From assembly GCA_002373975.1 (NCBI GenBank), contig DFKZ01000123.1, positions 25,967 through 89,966 of the forward strand: DNA of 64,000 nucleotides, in the 5' to 3' direction. How positions within the stretch are numbered: the first letter of the stretch is position 1; each line of letters starts with the position of its first letter. The translations under genes and the position numbers were made by a program. Shown here piece after piece: positions 8,371 to 18,049 of the stretch. The DNA comes from Lachnospiraceae bacterium UBA3632 (GTDB taxonomy: Bacteria; Bacillota; Clostridia; Lachnospirales; Lachnospiraceae). The notes below the pieces were generated by a model. It saw only the letters and a list, made by a program, of their open reading frames with translations, was not told the DNA's origin and did no database searches.

Positions 8371-9585
8371 CTACGACCTGAGTGCGTCGATGGGAGTCAT
8401 GCGGGCAGCCTTTCTTGCGGGATAGAGGCCGAAGAACACGCCGATACCCATGGAAAACGCCGCAACTCCCAGCATGAAAAAGATATTGAAGGAAGGTGCG
8501 ATCTCCATTCCTGCTGCTGTCTTAACGATAAGGCTTGCAAGCAATGAGAAGCCATATCCGAGCAGGATACCTATCACTCCGCCCATGAGCGATATCATTC
8601 CGGATTCGATAAGGAACTGCCACAGGATTGATGATGTTCTGGCTCCGAGGGACTTTCTGATCCCGATCTCGCGGGTTCTCTCCGTAACGGATACAAGCAT
8701 GATGTTCATTACCCCGACTCCGCCGACAAAAAGCGATATCCCTGCGACAAGCATCACGAATGCCGTGATGGCGGTAAGGATCGTCGAAAAGCTTGAAATA
8801 CTGGAGCTGAGCTCGTATGTTTTGACAGTATCACTGCCTCTCTCATTCATGGATGCTTCTATAAAGCGCCTTCCTTTGGCGGACATTTCTGCCACATTAT
8901 CCGGCGAATCGACAAATATGACTGCATCGGAAACAAGGTCAAGATCCACTCCGAACATATCCCTTGTCACTGTTGACGGGATCTCTACAGAATAACCCGA
9001 AGCACCGGTAAGCAGATTTCCTATGGTGGAAGAGGCTTTTCTCACTCCGACCACCCTCAGGGCAAAATCCCTTCCGTAAGCGGTTATCTCAAGCCTCTCG
9101 CCGACTGCATCCTCTTTTCCGAAAAATGCCTTCGCTCCCGCGGTATCAATAACGCAGACCATATCTCCCTCATTCCACTGCTCCCCACTGAAATATGTTC
9201 CGTAAAGTATCTCGGCGGAATTATTCTTTTCAAGGTCGGTCCTGCCTGAGCGGACCATGACCTTCTCTTCCTTCCTCCCCCGCACAACACTGCCGTTAAA
9301 GGCATATATCTCGGTGAATCCCGTAATATGATCATACTTTTCGCAGAGCGTCTCAATGGTAGAGACAGGAATACGTTTGGTTCCCACCGTATATACTTCA
9401 AAGTTGGAGCCTATGATACCGTTAAGCGATCCCGAGATCCAGTTTTTGACACCGTTACCTATGGACATTACGGCCACCACGGAAGATATCCCTATAATGA
9501 TTCCGAGCATGGTAAGGAAAGCCCGGACTTTGTTCGAGCGAATATTAAAAAATGCCATTTTCCAATATTCAAAAAACTTTCCCAT
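8371..9585 (-). CDS. MacB/FtsX-type ABC permease
   Basis: LTMLGIIIGI, GGVGVMNIMLVSVTERTREIGIRK, YPARKAA. Confidence 0.93.
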   Translation of the reverse strand: MGKFFEYWKMAFFNIRSNKVRAFLTMLGIIIGISSVVAVMSIGNGVKNWISGSLNGIIGSNFEVYTVGTKRIPVSTIETLCEKYDHITGFTEIYAFNGSVVRGRKEEKVMVRSGRTDLEKNNSAEILYGTYFSGEQWNEGDMVCVIDTAGAKAFFGKEDAVGERLEITAYGRDFALRVVGVRKASSTIGNLLTGASGYSVEIPSTVTRDMFGVDLDLVSDAVIFVDSPDNVAEMSAKGRRFIEASMNERGSDTVKTYELSSSISSFSTILTAITAFVMLVAGISLFVGGVGVMNIMLVSVTERTREIGIRKSLGARTSSILWQFLIESGMISLMGGVIGILLGYGFSLLASLIVKTAAGMEIAPSFNIFFMLGVAAFSMGIGVFFGLYPARKAARMTPIDALRS

Positions 9586-9604
9586 TCTGATAATAACTCC
9601 CGTG

Positions 9605-10858
9605 TTATTCCTGTCTGAGGGCTTCTATAGGGCTCAGCTTTGCAGCCTTCCTTGCCGGATATATTCCGAAGAATATACCTATCGCGGTAGAAAAGGCAGT
9701 GATCAAAAATACTGTGAGTGCATTTATCTGAGCCACGATCTCCATGCCTGCCACCTTAGAAATGATAAAGCAGATGAGCTCCCCTCCCAGATATCCGAAC
9801 AAAAGGCCAAATATTCCTCCCAGAAATGTGAGAAGTGCCGCTTCAGCAAGAAACTGAATGATAATGGATGAAGTGCGGGCTCCCAGTGCCTTTCTTATAC
9901 CTATCTCCCGCGTTCTCTCCGTCACTGACACCAGCATGATATTCATAACTCCCACACCGCCTACACCAAGTGATATGGCAGCGACAAAAGCGATAAAGAT
10001 GGTTATGTAGTTTACGATCTTCATTATACTGTCGAGATATGAGGTGAAAGAGATATAATTGATCTTTTCCTGACCGCGCAGATTCTTCTTCGCTTCAAGG
10101 TAAACGATGATCTTCCTGACAGTGTCCTCCGCGTCCTTTACTGAATCGGACATGAAAAGAACCTGAAGAAACGAAGCATCATCATCTCCGCTGATCTGTC
10201 TGTACAGAGTATAAGGCATCTCGAATTCCACTTCATCCTCCATATATGTCAGATTGTAAAGTTCCGAATCCGATCTGTCCCTGACTCCTACCACGCGGAG
10301 CTCACGCGATACTCCGTCAAGCTCGAAGTTAAAGGTCTGACCCACCACATCCGTGTGACCGAAAAGATTTCTTGCAGAATTATAATTCAGCACACATACT
10401 GGAGATGCCGATTCATATTCTTCATCGGTAAAATATCTTCCTGCCACATACCCCTGGGGCTTCTGAGATTCATAGGTCTCGTTGACCGCATAGTAATATG
10501 CCGTCTTTTCGCCTTTAAGAGAATATGCCTTGCCATATCCCGCTTCCTCCATAGATAAAGTCTTGATATGCGGGAAGCTTTCCCTTATGGCATCAATCTC
10601 CTCCGGAGTGATGGCTGCCTCCGGGTAGACCTCGGTAATAGCCATCCCCTGTATCTTACCGGCAGTGATATATGTCTGACCTCCGAAAGCGGAGTCCAGC
10701 TGCCCCGATATGGAACCTTTTACTCCGTTTCCGACAGATACTATCATTATTACCGAACCGATTCCGATAATGATGCCGAACATGGTCAGGATCGAACGCA
10801 TCTTGTTGTCGAGTATGCTCTTTATTGAAATTTTCAGATACTCAAGAAACTGTCCCAT
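9605..10858 (-). CDS. MacB/FtsX-type ABC permease (paralog)
   Basis: Same MacB motifs as the downstream permease. Confidence 0.93.
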   Translation of the reverse strand: MGQFLEYLKISIKSILDNKMRSILTMFGIIIGIGSVIMIVSVGNGVKGSISGQLDSAFGGQTYITAGKIQGMAITEVYPEAAITPEEIDAIRESFPHIKTLSMEEAGYGKAYSLKGEKTAYYYAVNETYESQKPQGYVAGRYFTDEEYESASPVCVLNYNSARNLFGHTDVVGQTFNFELDGVSRELRVVGVRDRSDSELYNLTYMEDEVEFEMPYTLYRQISGDDDASFLQVLFMSDSVKDAEDTVRKIIVYLEAKKNLRGQEKINYISFTSYLDSIMKIVNYITIFIAFVAAISLGVGGVGVMNIMLVSVTERTREIGIRKALGARTSSIIIQFLAEAALLTFLGGIFGLLFGYLGGELICFIISKVAGMEIVAQINALTVFLITAFSTAIGIFFGIYPARKAAKLSPIEALRQE

Positions 10859-10861
10859 TTA

Positions 10862-12757
10862 TTAATTTCCGGTTTCAGGCTGCTCTTCCTGCTTTTTGTC
10901 AGGCTGCTCTACCTGCTGCTCTTCGGGTTGCTGCTCTTCCGGCAACTGTTCTTCCTGTAATTTAGCAGTTGCAGCGGTTATATAATCCATCGATTCGGGA
11001 GATACCATGGCCGGACTTCCCTCGGTGATGGTTCCCGAGTATGTGGTAACTATGATATCACTCTCATCGATACCGCTCTTTATCTCGATGAAAAGATCGG
11101 AGCTGGCTCCGGTTTCAACATATTTTTTCCCTATGATGAACGTAGTCGGATCGATGGTAAACACAAATTCTCCGATATTGTCAACATTTACGGCTTCCAC
11201 GGGAACCTGCAGGCAATCCTCTATGCAAGCGGTAGTAATGGTGCATTTTACCTCAAGTCCGAGGAACATATCATCATCCGGATCGTCGATACCGACCGTT
11301 ACTGCCACCTGCGAACTTCCGTTGGAATTGGTGGTTACAACACGGTTTATCATCTCCACTTTTCCCTTGTATTCCCTGCCGAGCATCTTTATGACAGCGG
11401 GCTGTCCCAGAGCAATGCTCTCAAGATCCGATTTGTTCACACCTATGTTGACATGCAGATCATCAAGACTCGAGAGGGTGGCCAACGGGGTGGCAGCTGT
11501 GGTGGTGTCATCCTTCGTATAATTAAGCACTGTCACTACACCGTCAAAAGGAGCAACCAGCCCGTTTTCGAACTCGAGCAGGCTTTCATAGGTCTTATCG
11601 TTCTGCATCTCGGTGAGTTCATCGTTAAGATCAAGATTTTCTCTGTCGTAGGAGTTGGTAACAGTACCCTCAAGGGATCTGACCTCCGCCTCGGCACTCT
11701 GCTTCTCCGCCTTATACTCAGCAAGCAGGCTGCTTGCATCATTAAGCGCCTTCTGATTATTGTATGCTTCAGCAGACATACTGAGCATGTTTAACTGATT
11801 TGTGAGACCCGTGATAGTACTCTGCAGCTGATATATGGTATCGTTATATTCTTTTATCCACTTCTTGTCATCATCTGTCTGCACATATCCCAGTGCTGAC
11901 AGTTCCTCAAGCTTAGCCTTATTATTATACTGATAATCCGACAGTACCTGCTGATAATAATTGATAGAGCCCTGAATCTCGGCGGTCTGATATGCTTTAT
12001 TGTCGCTTACCTCGGCGGTAAGCTGATCAACTATCTGCTGCTGTGCCGCAACAAGCTGGGTGTATTTATAAACCTTTGATCTGGCGGTTGCCAAACGTGT
12101 ATCGGCGTCCTCTATCTTGGCCTCGGAGCTCTGATAACTATTCTCTGCAATCTGTTTATTGATCTCCGCTGTCCGCAATTCCCTCTGATAGGAGTCCGCA
12201 TCGAATGAAAGAACGATATCTCCTTTTTTCACGAAGCTTCCGATCGGCACACTTTCACTGATAAGAAGGTTTCCGGGGGCAAAATAGTGGATGGTTTTTT
12301 CACTTTCGATGATCCCGCTGATGGTAAGCTCGCTCGTAAGAGTGCCCCTTGTGGCAGTTCCAAGTGTTACGGTACCGCTGAGCATACTTTTCATTTTATG
12401 ATTTGCGTATACCACCAGTCCCACTATCGAGAGGAACACTGCTCCTATCACGCTGAATACGACTATAAGAGTGGTCTTTTTCTTCTTTTTCTTTTTCTTG
12501 ATGGCAAGCTTTTCCTGCGCAGTAAGCTCAGCAGGTTCCTTCCTTGCTGCCTTCCTCATCTTTCCCGCTTTTTCCTTCTTTTCCTTTGTTTGTTTGTCGG
12601 GAAGCCCGGTGTTGGTTTCTTCAAGTGGTCCTTCAATGACTTCTGCGGTTGTTTCTGCAGGTGTTTCCTCAGGTGTTTCCTGCTGCTTCTGCTCTTGCTC
12701 TGTCGAGTTCATCTCTGATACTGTTTTCTCCGCGTTTACCGTCTTCGTTTTTTTCAT
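10862..12757 (-). CDS. MacA/HlyD-like membrane fusion (periplasmic adaptor) protein; start uncertain
   Basis: Charged N-terminus, single TM after a poly-Lys run, lipoyl halves (GSFVKKGD; APFDGVV), long coiled coil, acidic EEQQP tail. Confidence 0.85.
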   Translation of the reverse strand: MKKTKTVNAEKTVSEMNSTEQEQKQQETPEETPAETTAEVIEGPLEETNTGLPDKQTKEKKEKAGKMRKAARKEPAELTAQEKLAIKKKKKKKKTTLIVVFSVIGAVFLSIVGLVVYANHKMKSMLSGTVTLGTATRGTLTSELTISGIIESEKTIHYFAPGNLLISESVPIGSFVKKGDIVLSFDADSYQRELRTAEINKQIAENSYQSSEAKIEDADTRLATARSKVYKYTQLVAAQQQIVDQLTAEVSDNKAYQTAEIQGSINYYQQVLSDYQYNNKAKLEELSALGYVQTDDDKKWIKEYNDTIYQLQSTITGLTNQLNMLSMSAEAYNNQKALNDASSLLAEYKAEKQSAEAEVRSLEGTVTNSYDRENLDLNDELTEMQNDKTYESLLEFENGLVAPFDGVVTVLNYTKDDTTTAATPLATLSSLDDLHVNIGVNKSDLESIALGQPAVIKMLGREYKGKVEMINRVVTTNSNGSSQVAVTVGIDDPDDDMFLGLEVKCTITTACIEDCLQVPVEAVNVDNIGEFVFTIDPTTFIIGKKYVETGASSDLFIEIKSGIDESDIIVTTYSGTITEGSPAMVSPESMDYITAATAKLQEEQLPEEQQPEEQQVEQPDKKQEEQPETGN

Positions 12758-13427
12758 CTTTGTATATTTCTCCATCCATGATATGTATGATCCGCTCCGC
12801 TTTGGATGCTATTGACGGATCGTGAGTTATTATTATCACTGTGTGTCCTTCTTCATGAAGCCCTTTAAGTATCTCCAGTATCTCAACGCTCGAGTGGGAA
12901 TCGAGGTTTCCCGTAGGTTCGTCCGCCAGTATTATCGGCGGAGCCTGGGCTATTGCCCTGGCTATAGCGACTCGCTGCTGCTGTCCGCCGGACATCTCGG
13001 ATGGCTTATGCTTCATCCGTTTTTCAAGCCCAACCTTTTTGAGAGCGGTAACTGCCAGTTCCGCACGTTTTGCTTTGGGCACTCCCCGGTATATCAGCGG
13101 AAGCTCCACATTTTCCTGCGCGGTCAGAGCAGGTATCAGGTTGAATCCCTGAAAGATAAATCCTATCTCTCTGTTCCTTATATCCGAAAGCTCGTCATCA
13201 AGCATCTCTGCCACATCCTTGCCGTGCAGATGATATGAGCCCGAAGTCGGAACATCAAGGCAGCCCAGCATGTTCATCAGAGTGGATTTACCTGAACCGG
13301 ACTGTCCGATTATGGCGACGAATTCCTTTTCTCCGATGGAAAGAGAGACATGATTCAAAGCTCTCACTTCGTTTTCACCGGGATTATATACTTTACAAAT
13401 GTCTTCTATCTCTATAAGAGCCGGCAT
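12669..13427 (-). CDS. ABC transporter ATP-binding protein (MacB/LolD type)
   Basis: Walker A GQSGSGKST, MSGGQQQRVAIARA, ILADEPTGNLD. Confidence 0.95.
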   Translation of the reverse strand: MPALIEIEDICKVYNPGENEVRALNHVSLSIGEKEFVAIIGQSGSGKSTLMNMLGCLDVPTSGSYHLHGKDVAEMLDDELSDIRNREIGFIFQGFNLIPALTAQENVELPLIYRGVPKAKRAELAVTALKKVGLEKRMKHKPSEMSGGQQQRVAIARAIAQAPPIILADEPTGNLDSHSSVEILEILKGLHEEGHTVIIITHDPSIASKAERIIHIMDGEIYKDEKNEDGKRGENSIRDELDRARAEAAGNT

Positions 13428-13519
13428 TATTCCTATTCCTCTTTTTCTGATTGATCCCTGTTTCTGACCAAACAAGGAATGACTCTCAACGCTTTGCGCG
13501 CATCATCTTTGTCGATGAT

Positions 13520-13568
13520 ACTATACTTACCTTTCCGATAATCCACATAAACCTTAACATAACCTTAA
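13520..13568 (-). promoter_or_regulatory. OmpR/PhoB-type direct-repeat box and -10 element upstream of the ABC exporter
   Basis: AACCTTAA at 13550-13557 and 13561-13568 (11-bp period; TTAAGGTT on the minus strand); TATAGT at 13520-13525 with no good -35. Confidence 0.6.
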
Positions 13569-13643
13569 TTCGAAATTATAACATTATATAATTCCAATGC
13601 AGAACTTTGAATTATGTCAACTGCCGAAACAGACTATAAAGCA

Positions 13644-13679
13644 AAAAAAAGATAGGCGGAAAAATCTCATTTCCGCCTG
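13644..13679 (-). terminator. Terminator after the GGDEF gene
   Basis: AGGCGGAAA...TTTCCGCCT hairpin with an upstream A-run. Confidence 0.7.
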
Positions 13680-13686
13680 CTTTACG

Positions 13687-16125
13687 TTAATGCTCAGTCT
13701 TCAATTCGTTCTTATTATGGTACATCTTTTCATCCGCTGTTTCAAATACACGCGTCATGCGGCCTTCTCCGTTGTACCTGGACATTCCGCATGCGATAAC
13801 GATGCCTCCTTCTTTTTTTGCTCTGGCATTATGCATTGCCATCTTTTCAACAAGCTCATCAACACATAAATAATCTTCTCCCTGAGCGATAACAGCAAAT
13901 TCGTCGCCACCTATCCTGAATACAGGGCTCTTCTTGAATGTGTCGCAGATTATCTTGCAGGCGTCCTTAAGATACTTGTCTCCTGCCCGATGCCCTTCGC
14001 TGTCGTTGATCTTCTTAAGGTCATTCACATCAAAGATAACCAGTGCAAATTCCGGTTTCTCCCCACTCTTTATCCTCTGGTTCATTTCAGCTTCTTTATC
14101 CAGATAAGCATGCCTGTTCTTGACACCTGTGAGAGCATCCACATGAGCAATATTCTGAGCCTGTTCCAGACGTCTCGCGTAATCCTCCTCCTGACGCACA
14201 AAGAGGTCAATATCGTTTACTCCGACTATAAGGCGTTTTCCGGCACTCTCCTCTACCATCGCTGCTTTGACCTGGACGTATGTGGGCTTTCCGTTTGAAA
14301 CAAGTCTGTAGCTGAGAGAGAATACTCCGCTTCTTTCCACTTCCGCAAGTACACTCTCTTCAGTGTAAGCTGAAAGGAAACGGTCGATATCATCCGGATG
14401 TACCACTCTTATTGCATTCTGGCGCGAAGCTTCAAAGAAGTCCATTCCCTCCTTGGGTATACCCAGAGTCTCAAAACCTTCTGTGGAACTGAATTCGCGA
14501 TACCTCCCGGTCTCGGGGTTTACCACATACACGCAAAGAAAGTCTCCCGCCAGAGCGTTAAGCCTCGAGTATGCTATATGCTCCTCTTTGGCCCTCTCTG
14601 CGGCTCGTCTCTGCCTCATCTCGTCATCCACATCCATGACGCCTATTACTATGAATCTCTCATCATCCTGCATCCTGGATACTTTCATATTCAGATAGGA
14701 GGATGATTCCCCCTCTATCAGTCGGTATGTCATCATAAAGGTCTTGTTTCTGTCAAGAGCATCCAGAAGGTTTTCCCTCTTCAGGGATTCGATAAATGTC
14801 TCTCTGTCATCTACATGAACAAACAGCTTTGCCTCTTTTTCACAGGATCCGAAGAAATCCTCGCCACTGCGCTTTTCCTTAAGGACTCCGGTGTTTTCGT
14901 CGGACTGGTATTCGATGAATTCCCCTGTCTCCACATTTACATAGAATATATCCCTGTATCCGCTCGCAAGGGTCTGGGCGATATGCGTGTGGATGATCCC
15001 GTTTTTTCTGGCCTTTTCGTAGGCTTCCTTGGTCTTAGCGTTCTCACGTTCAACGCGCACCATATCGGTTACATCCTGGCACATTCCCAGCAGGCAGAGC
15101 CTTCCCGTCGAATCTATATATTTAAGCTTGGTAGTCTGGAACTGTCTCTGATTGCCCGCAGCATCGGGGACATCCTCAAAGAATATATATGGCTCATCCA
15201 TCGACATGGCCATCCGGTCGTCCTCAACGAAGTGCTTTGCTGTCTCAACATCGAAAATCTCGGCATCGGTAAGCCCGACTACGCCTTCGGGATTCTCCTT
15301 ATGTGCATATTCGGCAAAAGACTGATTGCACGCAAGATAGACACCTGTGTCCGCATCCTTGGAAAAGCTTAGGGCAGGCATATTGTCAAGAAGTGCTGTG
15401 ATCGAGGCCTTGAGTGTTTTGATCTTCTCAGCTTCGATCAGTTCTCTTCTGTACTCTTCCTTCTCATCTCCGACTACAAAAGCCCTGAGCAGGCACGTTC
15501 CGAGCATATAAGCCATAGAGTAAAAAGGTAAATAAGTAAACAGAACCTGAGCGATGAGAAGAGTCAGCATTATAAGACCGAACAACGCCGTTGTACGGTA
15601 TCGTTTGATCTTATCGCCAATGTTTTTACGCTTTCCCATAGAAGAAAAAGCATATATCGAAATAAAGAGAAGAATCAGAATCTGAGCGAGAAGCACCGCG
15701 TATCTCGGTGCATAAGCTTTATACACACAATCACTGTCGACTGTGAAAAGAACGGGAACAAAGATGTTGACCAGAGTAAGCGCTGCAACACAGACAGCAA
15801 GGGCACGCCCTGCGTAGACGAGAAATTTCCCGAAACCGTTATTCTCATCAAGATACAGGACAACATACCATGACCAGCAGAAAACGCCGGCGGCCATAGC
15901 AATAAAATAGACTGAGGTGTCTGCAAAAAGAAGGATCGGGATCTTATTTGCCTCAATGATCCCCCACAGGATATCCGTGACATAGTAAACCAGCACGGTG
16001 TACAGGAAAGTCCTGTACACCTTCCATGCCGGTTTTTCAAACGCTTTGTTTCTGTTAAGCAGAATATCCTGATTTTCGATAAGAAGGATAACTGCCGCAA
16101 GCAGACCGATCGCAGAATAATACAT
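13687..16125 (-). CDS. Membrane sensor diguanylate cyclase (multi-TM, PAS-like repeats, GGDEF)
   Basis: About 7 N-terminal TM segments; PAS-like YLACNQSFAEY and VHPDD; DALTGVKNR, DVNDLKKIND and RIGGDEF. Confidence 0.9.
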   Translation of the reverse strand: MYYSAIGLLAAVILLIENQDILLNRNKAFEKPAWKVYRTFLYTVLVYYVTDILWGIIEANKIPILLFADTSVYFIAMAAGVFCWSWYVVLYLDENNGFGKFLVYAGRALAVCVAALTLVNIFVPVLFTVDSDCVYKAYAPRYAVLLAQILILLFISIYAFSSMGKRKNIGDKIKRYRTTALFGLIMLTLLIAQVLFTYLPFYSMAYMLGTCLLRAFVVGDEKEEYRRELIEAEKIKTLKASITALLDNMPALSFSKDADTGVYLACNQSFAEYAHKENPEGVVGLTDAEIFDVETAKHFVEDDRMAMSMDEPYIFFEDVPDAAGNQRQFQTTKLKYIDSTGRLCLLGMCQDVTDMVRVERENAKTKEAYEKARKNGIIHTHIAQTLASGYRDIFYVNVETGEFIEYQSDENTGVLKEKRSGEDFFGSCEKEAKLFVHVDDRETFIESLKRENLLDALDRNKTFMMTYRLIEGESSSYLNMKVSRMQDDERFIVIGVMDVDDEMRQRRAAERAKEEHIAYSRLNALAGDFLCVYVVNPETGRYREFSSTEGFETLGIPKEGMDFFEASRQNAIRVVHPDDIDRFLSAYTEESVLAEVERSGVFSLSYRLVSNGKPTYVQVKAAMVEESAGKRLIVGVNDIDLFVRQEEDYARRLEQAQNIAHVDALTGVKNRHAYLDKEAEMNQRIKSGEKPEFALVIFDVNDLKKINDSEGHRAGDKYLKDACKIICDTFKKSPVFRIGGDEFAVIAQGEDYLCVDELVEKMAMHNARAKKEGGIVIACGMSRYNGEGRMTRVFETADEKMYHNKNELKTEH

Positions 16126-16188
16126 AGACACCTCATCAGTCAGTCCGGGGACTGACAGCTTCCCTTATAAAGGAAGCCGTATCATCTG

Positions 16189-17973
16189 TTACTTGTGATT
16201 AGCTGTTTTTTCCTTGCACATTTCAATGAATTCGCTTAAGCTCATCTCAGCCGTTTCATCGGTATCGCGGTCACGTGCGGATACCGTTCCGGCTTCTGTT
16301 TCTTTCTCTCCGAGAATGAGCATATAAGGTACTCTGTCCTCCTGACGTGCAGCGCGGATCTTGTACCCCACTTTCTCGTTGGAAGCGTCGATTTCTGTAC
16401 GGATGCCTGCAGCGTCAAGTGCCTCGTATACTTTGTTTGCGTAATCGAGATGCTTCTCGGATACGGGGATGACCTTTACCTGAACGGGAGCCACCCAGAA
16501 GGGGAATTTACCCTTTGTTTCCTCGATGAGATATGCCATAAATCTGTCAAGTGATCCGAGGATCGCTCTGTGAAGCACGACGGGAGTCTGTTCATTGCTG
16601 CTGCTGTCGATGTACTTCAGATCAAACTTGGCAGGGAGACAGAAGTCAAGCTGGCAGGTTGAAAGCGTGTATTCCGCACCTACAGCGGGCTTAACATTTA
16701 CATCAAGCTTGGGACCGTAGAATGCAGCTTCACCGATCTCCTCAGTGTAATCGATCTTGAGATCGTTAAGCACCTGGCGAAGAGCATCTTCTGCTTTATT
16801 CCACATTTCGTCATCATCGTGATACTTCTTCTTGTCCGCGGGATCACGGAGTGAAAGCACACAGCGATAATCTGTGATATTAAAATCCTTGTAAACATCA
16901 AAGATGAGGTCCACAACGCTTTTTACTTCAGCCTCGATCTGATCGGGGGTGACAAAAAGGTGTGCATCGTTCTGGCAGAAATGCCTTCCGCGCTCGATTC
17001 CCTTAAGGGTACCGCTTGCTTCAAATCTGAAGTCGTGAGCTATCTCGCCTATTCTCAAAGGAAGCTGACGGTATGAACGGGGTTTGTTGGCATAGATCAT
17101 CATGTGATGAGGGCAGTTCATGGGTCTTAATACGAATGACTCTCCCTCAACTTCCATAGCGGGGAACATATTGTCCTTATAATGATCCCAGTGGCCTGAA
17201 GTCTTGTAAAGCTCCACGCTTCCCACACACGGAGTCATTACATGCTGGTAACCGAGCTTGCGCTCTTTTTCCTTGATATAATTCTCAAGCTCCTGCCAGA
17301 CGGTATATCCTTTGGGAAGGAACATGGGAAGTCCGCGTCCTACAAGGTTGTCCGTCATGAAAAGACCCATCTCCTTGCCGATCTTACGGTGATCGCGCGC
17401 TTTGGCCTCTTCCATCTCTTTTTCATACGCTTCAAGCTCTTCCTTGGATGCAAATGCAACGCCGTTGATACGGGTAAGCATTTTGTTCTCGGAATTATTC
17501 TTCCAATAAGCTCCCGAAATACCTGTAAGCTTGAATGCCTTCAGAGCCTTGGTGTAGCAGATGTGCGGTCCTACGCACATATCGATATACTCACCCTGCT
17601 GGTAAAAGCTGATTATCGCATCGGGATCGAGATCGCCGATATGCTCAACCTTGTAGAGCTCGCCTCTCTCCTGCATGAGCTTTATTGACTCTTCACGGGA
17701 AAGGATGAAAGATTTGAAGGGAAGGTTCTCCTTGACGATCTTCTGCATCTCGGCTTCGATCTTGGGAAAATCCTCCTCGGAGATAACAGTATCTCCGGTA
17801 TCTATATCGTAATAAAATCCCTTTTCGGTCGCAGGACCGTAGGCAAAATGTGCCTCGGGATATAATCTCTTAACTGCCTGTGCGAGAATGTGCGCCGCGC
17901 TGTGGCGAAGGATGTGAAGTTCCTCGGAAGCTTCGCACTCACCTACTTTTCCGTCATTGTAAATAGCTTTCAT
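16189..17973 (-). CDS. thrS: Threonine--tRNA ligase (short N-terminus)
   Basis: RHSAAH, RDHRKIG, LRPMNCPHH, GEAAFYGPKLD, HRAILGSLDRF; GGAGG RBS before the ATG at 17973. Confidence 0.97.
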   Translation of the reverse strand: MKAIYNDGKVGECEASEELHILRHSAAHILAQAVKRLYPEAHFAYGPATEKGFYYDIDTGDTVISEEDFPKIEAEMQKIVKENLPFKSFILSREESIKLMQERGELYKVEHIGDLDPDAIISFYQQGEYIDMCVGPHICYTKALKAFKLTGISGAYWKNNSENKMLTRINGVAFASKEELEAYEKEMEEAKARDHRKIGKEMGLFMTDNLVGRGLPMFLPKGYTVWQELENYIKEKERKLGYQHVMTPCVGSVELYKTSGHWDHYKDNMFPAMEVEGESFVLRPMNCPHHMMIYANKPRSYRQLPLRIGEIAHDFRFEASGTLKGIERGRHFCQNDAHLFVTPDQIEAEVKSVVDLIFDVYKDFNITDYRCVLSLRDPADKKKYHDDDEMWNKAEDALRQVLNDLKIDYTEEIGEAAFYGPKLDVNVKPAVGAEYTLSTCQLDFCLPAKFDLKYIDSSSNEQTPVVLHRAILGSLDRFMAYLIEETKGKFPFWVAPVQVKVIPVSEKHLDYANKVYEALDAAGIRTEIDASNEKVGYKIRAARQEDRVPYMLILGEKETEAGTVSARDRDTDETAEMSLSEFIEMCKEKTANHK

Positions 17974-18049
17974 GATCTTTCCTCCCGCCGATCTCCGATT
18001 ACCGGATAACGGCAAATATAATGTGAAATAATAAATTTCATTTTATTAC

